From positions 19,530,001-19,594,000 of the forward strand of contig JBHGNT010000013.1 of NCBI GenBank assembly GCA_043228905.1: a DNA stretch of 64,000 nucleotides. The letters are read 5' to 3'. The notes beneath the pieces were generated by a model. The model had not been told where the DNA came from. It worked only from the letters and a program-made list of their open reading frames with translations, and searched no databases. Within the stretch, counting starts at the first letter, position 1. Each line of letters starts with the position of its first letter. This DNA comes from Azolla caroliniana (taxonomy: Eukaryota > Plantae > Polypodiophyta). Of this stretch, positions 40,001-50,900 are shown in pieces. The position numbers and the translations under genes are program-made.

Positions 40001-42558
40001 CAAAGGTATCATTGAGCCAAGCCAATAAGGCACAAATGATAGCTTTGGAAAAGCAAATAGCCAATCTTTGAGTATCTAATGGGCCTAGCATCATGGAGCA
40101 AACCACAGATTCTCTTCAAAAAGAAACTTGTTTGGAAGCAAGACCATAGAAGAAGAGTTTGTGCATCTCCAAAGGAAGCATTTGTGACAAAATTTCCCTT
40201 CTCTTCCTGATGGTCCTAGCATCATGGAGCAAACCACAGATTGTCTCCAAAAAGCAACTCATTCCCTTAGGAAGCAAGACCATAGAAGAAGAGTTTGTGT
40301 AGCTCTTGATGACAAAGCTTCCAGATTCTCCAGAATCTTTGGAGGTGTTTTGTGACAAAATTTCCCTTCTCTTCCCAATGCTCCCTATTTAAATACATTT
40401 TCAAAAAAAAACTAGCACTAAAGACTCTTTTCCATGTTAAAGGTAAAGGCAAGTGGAACATCTCCAGCTAGGGCCGTGAGCCCTTTCACATGGGTAATGA
40501 AATGTTATGTTACCCAGTTTCAAACTTTCTAAGGGACAAGTAAATAATTTTCTGAAAGATTTGAATGGACATATAGCCTGGCTTATATTAGTGCTGACCA
40601 TTTTAGATTTCTTTCTAATGACTATGGGATTTCGAGAAGATGAGAGAAAAAAGCAAGGTGGAAAGTAGAGCCAAAAAAAATTTAAATGATACTTTTCAAA
40701 GTTCAGAGCCTCCAACCCATGAAAAATAACAAAGCACCTTTCTTCACAGAAATTGCTAAACAGAAAAAAACCTAAATCTTGCTGATTTGTCAGTGTCGTT
40801 CAAGGAGAAAAAAACTGATATCATTAATATCCTTCTAAGTGGAAGAGTGCAAATTATGGACTCCTCCAAGTGAGAATAACATAAATTTTAGTGCTTGCAA
40901 ACTCCAATACTGAGAATCTAGAGGATAGGGCTCTGGGACCATGTCAAGAATGGTACCTGTGGAAGATTTCATTAAATACAGAGAGAGAGAGAGAGGGAAT
41001 CACAGAAATAATATTAATTGATTAAATGTTCAATACAATGTCAACAGACCTCAGTTCGGAGTTGCCCATAAGAGAGGACTAGAGATAACACCAATTAACA
41101 TCATACTTGGTCACCCTTGTGCACTCAGAGCTCAAAGTACGCATTGGCTAAACAATCTAATTACTTGATAAAAGGAGATCCAATATATTGGCGCACAAAG
41201 AGATAAACTCATATGACTTGTGAGAAAAGACAAAAAGAAACAACCTGGAAGCCCTTTAGCCACAACTTGAAAAACAATCAAGTATTATGTCATTGCACAG
41301 TCCCATGCACAGAGCCATATTGAGGAATGTATTGATATGCGGTTACAGAAATGGGAGGTAGACATATGCAAAACATCACAGTAAATATACCAAATTATTT
41401 TCAGAAAAGAAAGCACAACTAATTTTTCAAAACAATGGCAGTGGTAAAAACTAAAAGGAAGCTAATGATTTAACTCTTGGAATTATATGACAAAAGCATT
41501 ATGACCGCATGAATCTAAATCTCAAGAAAAAACATTGGCAAGTTAAGAAAAACTAATTCAAGTTTCACCTTATCCTTGCAACCTGCACTACCACCAGCAC
41601 TTCTTGTCTTAAGTTCTGTGATCCAACCTTCAGGAAGCCAAGGTGGAGATTCCACAACCTCCACGTTGTACTGAAACCGCCGTATAGTCAAGTCCTGGCG
41701 AATCACTGGTGTTACCACTTCTTTTCTCGATTTCTTTCTCTTGCTAGAGGGAGTGGGAGTGACCTTTACCATGGTTTGAAGAATAGGAACATCTTCCCTA
41801 TCACGCGAAGATGTATCCCCATCATCTCCACAAATAGGTTTAGATTGACCTGATTGCCTTGGAGTCATTGCAAAGGCAGTCTCAAGATCCAATTGGGGAT
41901 GGTTTATTTGAGTAACATTATGCGCATATTCTTGGCTAATTCCATCCGTCATTGTGTTGTTTTGGTTTGGGATAGATGGTATTGAAGATTCTAAAGGTTT
42001 ATGGTTTTGCAAGTCTAAGGTTCCTTCCATGATAGGGAAGTTTTTACTTGGGTCTTGAACAAAATCAAGTTTATCGATGGCATGAACATTTTCCATTCTT
42101 GATGCCCTCTTGCTTTCTACTAAGAGTAACTGATAGTGGTCCGACCAAGATTCAATGGTTTTCTTCATAACCTCCATGAAACTACCCAATGCATTTGTAG
42201 TTTCTGAATGATGATGAGATGTTAGCCTTGACTTCTCTGAGGATTCACTCTTTCCTCTTTCTTTTTCTTTCTCTTCTTCTTCTTCCAGCAGATTATTGGA
42301 AGGATTTGGAAAACACCATGTTGGGGATTGAAGGGGCTTATCTCTTGAATCTGAAATTGGGTTTTTGCAAGGATGATGGAAAGTCTTCCCGGCGCCGAAG
42401 TCATAGAGACTCGGAGAATTTCGATGATGATCAGAGACATTTTGTCTCCTTTCTCTTCCATAAATTATTTCCATTCTTCGTTTCATATCTTGTAAGAATT
42501 CGCCGATTTCCTCTTGAATATTTGTCTGGCTTACAGGAAGCTCTGAACCTGCAGCCAT
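34088..42558 (-). CDS. MBD: Methyl-CpG-binding-domain (MBD) protein, two coding exons
   Basis: Exon 1 42558-41569 ends PPWLPEGWITELKTRSAGGSAGCKDK|gt; exon 2 34957-34088 begins ag|YYYDTVTKRRCRSQKEVFSLIETG. The phase-0 junction rebuilds a canonical plant MBD. Basic NLS-like stretches SKRKKSRK and PKRSRKSSKR. Confidence 0.85.
34312..34525 (-). repeat. Coding 27-bp tandem repeat x8 (9-aa xSN[S/G]ERGxI) in MBD exon 2
   Basis: MSNSERASI MSNSERGAI ITNSERGPI ISNGERGPI ISNSERVPI ISNGERGSF ISNSERGSI MSNSERGL. Confidence 0.92.
35540..37625 (+). mobile_element. Degenerate Ty1/copia (Tnt1-like) retrotransposon inside the MBD intron, antisense to the gene
   Basis: Integrase N-terminus (DCQYGKQ..LDLV), RT (NDTWDLVELP..WVYKIK..KYKARL; QMNVKIAFLHGDIEEELY; YVDD; SLMYAMVATRPDIA), RNase H (TSGYVFTL; FHAHTKHIDVWYHFI), then PPT-like AAAGTGGGAGG before TTG at ~37600. 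Many stops and frameshifts; integrase core largely deleted. Confidence 0.9.
38776..39251. mobile_element. hAT-type MITE (476 bp), older copy
   Basis: Imperfect TIRs TAGCAATCGGCAATGGTTC / GAAGCATCGCCGATTGTTA; subterminal GGTTC/GGTTT and AACCG arrays in opposite orientations; TSD not clearly preserved. Confidence 0.7.
39650..40520 (-). mobile_element. Possible LINE endonuclease-region remnant with internal ~130-bp duplication
   Basis: AWLNDTFVELHPTTLLSDHF carries the APE-type SDH motif; CCTAGCATCATGGAGCAAACCACAGATT..GACAAAATTTCCCTTCTCTTCC is duplicated at ~40084 and ~40214. Confidence 0.4.
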
Positions 42559-45500
42559 ATAGAAGATTCGGGTAGAATGAAGAAGAAGAAGAAGAAGAAA
42601 AGGGCGAACCTTTTGGTTGGAGATCTAAGCCGAACCCTAGCGGAATCTGTGGGCTGATAACATAGTACCCATTATGTTGCTTCCTCTGTTTAGACGCGAA
42701 GAAAGTTTTCCTGGGCTGATAACAGAGTCCTCATTGCGCTGCTGCTTCCTCCGTTTTGAAATGTAGAAAGTAAGCACACAGATGCTCTGCTTTGGGGGCC
42801 AAGGAAATGCGAGACATTTACTAGTTCTTTTTTGTGTGTTTGTGTCAGGTGTGCAGAGAAGAAATGGGCAGAGAAAACAGAGAGAGAGAGACAGAGACAG
42901 AGGAAAAGAGAGCTTCCTTGTTAAGGAGATGCTCACATGCCTCTAAATCTATAGTCTACCATATCAATTATCATACATATATGTATGCATATAATACACA
43001 TTGTTGGGTAGGATCAAACTCATGAGTCATACCTATCCTTGATCATTCAACCCCGACCAACGTATCGCCCATCTCCATTTTACGGCATCTTGTTCCAGAT
43101 GTTACCGCCTCTGGATTGATCCCATTGATCCTTCTCAAAACCTCAATTCATTTGTCCGTATATCCTGAACATTGTTTGTTCGTTCGTCCATCCATCGTAA
43201 GCATTTTGCCATGGTATCTGGCTGAGCAGTGCAATTCTTAAGATCCGACCCTACCCTTTTATAAGGTCTTGGTTTAGATGTTACGTATGGTCCCTTGAAT
43301 CTATCGAATGGATGGCATCATTCATATATTTGTATCCTTTAAGTGTAGTTAGTTCATCCATCCTATACATTTTGCAATGGCTAAATAGTGCAATTCGTAA
43401 GATTTGATTTGACCTTAGGCGGATGGCTAAAATCCAAACGTGGCTTACCACTGAGATGCATCTCATGGAGAATATGTAAATAAAACCCTAAAACAACAAG
43501 TATGTTGTGGAGAATAAGAAGAAAAAAAACACACAAGGATTAAAATCTTATACCGATAAGGTTCTTATGCAATGACTAGAGGCCTTACCATGCATTCAAT
43601 CTTAGTGAAGTTGTGCAATTGGTCACATTTGAACCTAGATACTTGGACCAATAAATATATATGGCTTCCAACAAAAAATAATATCCTAACCTTAAAAGTT
43701 ACAAACACTTTTTTGAAACCTCGACATCTCATGAACATACAAATTGTCATTGGAATCATGGTATTTATTTTAACATTCCACATCTAGTAATCTACATGCT
43801 TGCATTATTATGGTACATTATGCTATAATTATCATGGCCTATGGATTATCGTCAAATAGCAAGCATGCATCACACCTAACCAACGACCATGGATAATACT
43901 AATAGCAATATAAGTAGGGAAGATCTCAATATATTCAAAGCAAATGTAATCTTTGCATAATCTTGTAGTTCTTGTGTATTTGTTTTGAGTAAAATTCAAT
44001 CATCCTTACTTTCTTCTTTTCAATCTAGTATTGTAATTGGTTTTAGCCCTTGACTACTTGAACCATAAATCCTTCTTCTCATCCCTAATAACCATATTTA
44101 GCTTTTCTAATAAACCATGGAATTTCTCAATAAGCAAGAATACATGCACATCTTGTCAAATCTCAACTTCTACACAATCAAATTAGTGGTGCTAGAGCAA
44201 GAGAACCAAAGGTTGTTTGAAGACTTGCAACACATTGTGTGAGAAATTTGTGCACGCGTACTAACCTATTGTAAAACTTAAATTTCAGGTGGTTTTTTTC
44301 CTTCACACATGCCAAATCACAACATTGTGATGCTAAATCAGGTACAAATATACAAGGAGATTTTTTAGAAATAATAATAATGAGGGGAAATCTCAACACG
44401 ATTATCAACTAAAAGTAACTCTATTGTCCCTATGTGAACAAGTGTCGAGAGTTCAACTCCCCCCAACGAAATAAAGATCATTCCCTAAACAAAGTTCAAT
44501 GGTACGAGTTCTTGAATCAAGTGCATCTAGTGATTAAGATAATCCCAACTTGACCATAAAGACAAAGATACCAACATTATTTCCTACCAATAGAAATTCA
44601 ATAGTTATTTACGTACATATATGTGGATTTTTTTCTTGATTTATAGGTACATTGTTCAATCAACCATATATAGTTGCGCATGATCATTAATTGGATTATG
44701 AACCATAACTAGAGGGAAACGACATCATCAAGCTTTCTAAAGACAAAAAAATACCACAAGAAAGGGATCAAATTGTTTACAGTGGTTGGATGAAGCTATA
44801 TTGGTTAGAAGTGGTTGCCAATATCACAAGAAAGAATCAATTGGAGAAATTGATGGTGGAAAAATTGTTGGTTGGAAAAGGAAAGTGGTCAAGGAATTGC
44901 ACATTACTAGTGATGTCAATCAAAAGTGCCTAATAAGGATCCACAAAAGAGAACTAGACAAGCCAAACATCGTGAAACGCACACTTTCACCTCTTAAATT
45001 GCTAGGTATCACGGGGTTTCCCCTCTTACAGATCGCTAAAATGATATGTTTTTTTTTTTTGCTAGTATGGAAGCCTACTAATCCATCACAATCTTATGGC
45101 TTTTCAAATCAAAACTGTATGATTGTAGGCAAACAACATGGATTCACTTGGGTGTGAGCCATGTGGGTGGAATAGTTGGGGTTATTTAAGAAACGACATA
45201 GAGTGCCTTTCCATATTCGTGCTAGACTTGAGATGAAGTCAGTTGTATGTTGCGTTGCCTCTCATTAGACATTTTCCATTATCTTTTACTTTATTGTCCT
45301 TAGAACTACCAATATGCCTCTAGTTCAAATTTAGCCAAATATAATCTCTCCTTCTTCCCCACAAGGCATTGGAAAGATGTTCCTCTTGTCCATGTGTACA
45401 AGTAAATTGTGTGATACTTCATTGTAAGCATCTTCTTGGATCATGACATTGCTCATCACATGTGTTGTTTTGTGTGGCTCTACCATGTGTGGATGGGATG

Positions 45501-46757
45501 TGAAACTCGATGACTTTGGAAACCCTTGAGTGACATGGTTTCTAGGGGCAATAGGTCCCTTTTTGACATTAGTCCTTCATCTCGAAACATAGTCTGATTA
45601 GGTAATTGTCCATGTTCATACTTCCTTAGGGTTCCAACGTATTTTTATCTTGCCCATTCTTACTATTAAGTATCCATAGGATATCTCACCTCCGATGATA
45701 TGGTATTGCGATACATTGAAGAGACTTCATTGAAGTTGGGCAATAGAGAGAGCCTAGCATTGTAGGTAGTATTCATAAACCTTTATATTCTAGTTTGAAA
45801 TGCACATTTAGTTCAATATGGAAGGCTTATAAAAGTGAACTTATAAACTTTTTCTATAGGTTATTCCTTGTTTCCCTAGTGGTTAAGCTTAGCTCTCTCT
45901 CTCTCTCTCTTCGCTAAGGTTACACTTGGGGTGGATTAGAGATTTGTAGGTCATAAAAGCCTCGCTCAAAGTAAAAGCAATAGATACATACCATAAACTA
46001 ATTGATAAGTACACACCCGGATGGTGGATTAGGTTAATAAAGAACAAAAAATTACAAGATCCAGTGGGTGGTGTTAGAGTGTGGTACAAGCAGGATGACA
46101 ATCTTTGATTTCCTTTAAGATCTAGGGTCGTGGTGTGAATCACCTCTACTTTACGAAGATGAAGTATGCATTCTAGAAAGTGTTTGTATTTAAATAGTTC
46201 TAGAGGAACATTGTCAATAATCATTTACTATTTGTCTAGTGGCAAAGGTTATCTAGAAAATCATGTCTACGATGTTTCTATAAGTGGAGTGCCAAAATCC
46301 CCATGTCAATGGGTGTTTGGTCATGCGTACTTGAGAATGGGTTTGCATTTTGAGATAGCTTTCCATACTCTTAAGGGATTGCGATTACTGCATAATTAGC
46401 ATATTCATAATGCCTTAGTTTTCTATACTCAACGTGGGGCCTAAAGACACATTTGATGATTAAAAGGCATGTATTTTATGGTTGTTCTCCTTGTTGGATA
46501 CTTCCATTGGTTGTAGTTCAACTTTCGTAGTTAACTATTACTATTGACGAGAGAGATATTATCTCAGGCACAAGTGTTTATTGCTCCCAATTCACCTTTT
46601 ATGGACCTAGTCCCACATACACGTCCTTTTGTTAGCATGATGAATAATTAATGAGCGCCAATTCAACAAAAATTACTCTATTGGTACGAAAATGGAAATG
46701 TTGGATAGTTCATTGATGTAGATGCATATCCTAGTGATGGATGTTGAGGATCAACAT

Positions 46758-46898
46758 TAACAATCAACAACAAATTGGTTCGGTTCAAGAGTGTCAAACT
46801 CAAACCTTTTTAAACCTGACCTGACCTGATCTGTTTAAACCATTAAGCTGACATTTTGCAATTTGGTTCAGTTCAAACCGAACCATTGCTAATTGTTA
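46758..46898. mobile_element. Internally deleted, inverted copy of the 38776 MITE
   Basis: GGTTCAAGAGTGTCAAA and GTTTAAACCATTAAGC are exact reverse complements of segments at ~39206 and ~38812. Ends GAACCATTGCTAATTGTTA; flanks ATCAACAT / ATAACAT resemble a decayed TSD. Confidence 0.7.
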
Positions 46899-47938
46899 AT
46901 AACATGAACATGCATCCAACAAAGGGAGTGATGGAACTAAAGATGTATACATGGTTTGGTTTAGAGTATTGAGAGGATCTAAAGATACACCATTTGTTAG
47001 GTTTCATACATATGTTTTAAGAATGTTAGTTTATCATTGGGAGAATAGTTTATTGGTGTGAAGTACACTCACATAATGAAGATAAACCTTAGACGAGTGG
47101 TCCAAAGTCGGACTTAGAGACTTCATACCACTCCTTTGAGGTTTGCTCATCTTACGCTAGTGTCTACACACGATGTTCTGATAACCTAGATCATCCAGAC
47201 TCGATACAAATACAGGTCGGGTGAAAACAGAGGTTGAAAAATGGTTGTACTGGTTGCAAACACAAGAAAGTGCGGAAGAGAGAACTTGCCGAGCTTGTAT
47301 TCTTGTGAAGGTGAAGAGAGTGATGCGGGAGAGCCTGAAGATGTCTGTGGTTATGCTCTTAGAAAAAGAAGAGTGTTGAGAGAAATGGGCAGAGGGTGTC
47401 TGAAAATGATCATAGTATGGACCATACTTATCATACGTGCATTCGCATTCGGGAATGTTTCAACCATTCGGGAATGTGCGGCGGAGGATGGGCGATGGTT
47501 TGAGATCGGACGGTGGAGAGCGAGCCAAGGAGTTGAGAGCCTAACATTAAGAATGTGATGACACTGTACAATGAAAGGGAAGAAAGAAAGAAAGAAAGAA
47601 AGGAAGGAGGAAGAAGAAGAAGAAGAAGAAGAAGAACAGAGGAGCGACGAATGCAGCAGGATCGGAAGAAAAGCAGGAAAAGCAGGAAAAGCAGAACGCA
47701 CAGAGACAAGGAATCTGAAGGGGAGGAGAAGTTGTTTTGCCAGACAGTGTCCTCAGAGGAAGCCCTTCATGTTCTGATCTTCACCACCATCTGAATGAAG
47801 GTTTCCTTTTGATCCCGTGTTTCATTCGTCTTCAATCCACGCGTCTCCAGGTTTGAAGGAACCCTTAACCTAACCCTAAAATCTCATTCGTTTAGAGGCG
47901 CAGGATTTTTCTGTTTCTTCTTCACAGCCTCATTCAAT

Positions 47939-47986
47939 ATGAGGACAAGTTTCCATATCCATATATTTGCTGGCGTGCCTGGATGA
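47939..47986 (+). promoter_or_regulatory. uORF (MRTSFHIHIFAGVPG*) ending 3 nt before the kinase ATG
   Basis: ATG at 47939, TGA at 47984-47986; downstream of a plausible acceptor TTCTTCTTCACAG (47927). Confidence 0.5.
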
Positions 47987-47989
47987 AGG

Positions 47990-50900
47990 ATGCCAGAGCT
48001 GCGCAGCGGGTATAGACCGCCCCCTGTTATTAAAAAACAGAACCTGCCAGTATCTTCTGAGAAACAGAAACAGAAAAGACAGACAGACACAGTAGAGAGA
48101 AACAGGGGAGAGAAACAGCAACAAAAACAGAGACATTGGACCCGTGCAGCAACTGCAGCCAAACAGCTTAAGGATTGCACTGTATTGAAGCATCAAAAGA
48201 ACGTATTAGATCTGAAGGACTGGGTTATTGACGATAATATAGTAGATGCCAAATTAGAACATCCTAATAATAATGTGATTGGTGATACTGTAGCTAAAGA
48301 AGAACAGAATAAGGATCGAACCCAATTGAAGCTCCAAAGGAAGAAGGAAAATACCTTGCCATTGGCTGCAGTGACTAGAGAAACTTCTGAAAACCAAACG
48401 TCAGATCTTAAGTATCAAGTTATCGGTCATACTTTGGTTGATGTAAAAGAGGTTAATGATTGTACTACATTGAAGCAGAAAAAGAAGAAGGAAACTAAAT
48501 CGCCACTGGTGAGAGTGACGAGAGGTTTAGACAGGAATAAGTTAGGGACTGTTTCACCATATCAAGTACGTTTAGAAAAAAAACCATTTAATACCCACAT
48601 TGTAGAGGAGGCTTGTTTAGAGCCAGAAGACAATAGGGAGGTAATGGATGAAGTAAGTGGAGGTAGAGGTGCAGAGAAGGTACCAGGGCTTGATGAAGAA
48701 CAATCTACGGCCCCTCTTCCTGAGAGGGTTAGTTAATATTCATCTTAATTCGTTTCCTTATTGCAATCTTTTGCTGGCCAAAATTTCTTCAAGACAATTT
48801 CTTAACTAAATTTATATGCAACAGGTGCAAGTAGCAGGTTCCCCTGTTTATATACTAGATAGGAAGCTTGGAAAGGGTGGATTTGGACAGGTATATATAG
48901 GTCGGAATCTAAATGGAGGAACTGATAGAACAGGTCCGAAGGCATTGGAGGTAAATATGTTTTTTTTTCCAACAAAGTTCTTTTTTCTGTAACTTGAAAG
49001 TTCTATCACTGAAAATTTTCTATACACAGGTTGCTTTGAAATTTGAACACCGGAATAGTAAAGGTTGCAACTCTGGTCCCCCGTATGAGTGGCAAGTGTA
49101 TAAGTAAGAATTCCATCTCTCAAAAATTTCTCGTCTTGTATTATAGTTCTTCTGGAAATCTTAGCTCCATCTTTGCTTGTAGCAACCTTGGAGGTTGTCA
49201 TGGTGTTCCTCAAGTTCATCATAAAGGAAGACAAGGAGACTATTATATAATGGTATGATGACATTGCAGCCAGTCGTAATTATATCAATCGTCTATAGCG
49301 GTAAACTACATATGATCACTTGTGAGCAGGTCATGGATATGCTGGGTCCAAGTTTATGGGACTTGTGGAATTCTTCTGGACAGGCGTAAGGGCCCCATCA
49401 TCATTGTTTTAAGCAGAAAATATTTACATATTTCTGGCAACACCTTTTTCATAAATGATCCATTGTCTTCAGGATGTCTACTGAGATGGTTGCTTGCATT
49501 GCTGTGGAGGCATTATCCATCTTAGAAAAAATACACAGTAAAGGGTATGATATAAACACTATTTTTGCTCAATGATGCTTTTATTTGAATTGAATCAATT
49601 CTTATGTCAAAATATGTAATGTGAATTTATTTGTAGATTAATCAGGGATGCCATTTTATTTTTCATATTCTTATAAGGTGGACACCAATTTAGGCACTTT
49701 TTAGCAGACCCTTGTGAATGTTAAGAAGCATGTTCCCAGATTCATGCATTTTTATGCTAGAATTAGGAAGCCGGCAATATACAGATAATGCGGCGACTTC
49801 TACAAAAGTAACAAGAGTATGGTTTTCATTGTCTAAATAGAGAAATACCAAAGTTAATGTTAAGATACAAGTTTTATGTTTTCTTTGAGAAATTGAGTAG
49901 CGAAGGATTATTTTATAGGTTAGGTGGAGGGATCCTTCACCTTTGTGCTAAAATTTACATATCGGATACTTGTGTTTGCACATCGCTGCCCTCTCTAGGA
50001 TTCATGTATAATGACTGATATTACGGTGCTGAATGAGTACAGTCAATGATCAAGCATGTTTTGGATTTTTCTCTTCTTTGTGTGGGAGGGCAGAGATCGT
50101 ATTTTGATTTCTTTTACCATCCTCTGGCTTAGAAACTTTAGCTTCTCTCATTGCGTGTGCTCAATGAGTACAATCAATGATCAACCATGTTTTGCCTTCT
50201 TTGAGTGCAAGGATAGAGATCAAATTTTACTTTCTTTTACCATACTCTGGCTTAGAAACTTTTTCTGTCCTCATTGAATACCTTAGGAGATAGGTTTTCT
50301 AACTCTTGATGGTTGTAGTGTCTTTATATCAATACAAGTAAAGATAGATAGATAAATTTTATTATCATCTTCGGAGGTCAAATATGAACTATCAGACAAA
50401 AAATATTGCATTTTCATGTAATACATGTGAAAATGAGTAGCAACTCTCGATGCTCAAGAACTTTATTGATAAAATGTTGCAATTGAGAGTGCATACTGTG
50501 ACGATGAATGAAATTCGTGCAAGGATTCTGTTTGGTCAAAAATGTGTGGAAATTATAGCCGGATGTGACCAAAGACAGCATTATATTGGTTCTGAAACTA
50601 CTGAAATTGGGAGTGCATACTGTGACTATGAGAGAAATTTGTGCAAGGATTGGTTTGGTCAAAGGTGTGTGGAAATCATAGTCAAATGTGATCAAAGATA
50701 GAGCATTATATTGGTTCTCAGACTACTAGACTTGTTTGGGGCAAAATGTGCATAGTTGACTTGTCTTATCACATGTGTGCTTATTTCTTGTCTCACATGG
50801 AAGCAAATGTGGACCAAGTCATATAGACGCAATGGTTCAGATGGCAGGCAACAGGATGGGCTCTAACATTTATCGATACGTGTGGTTTCCCCACTTGGCG

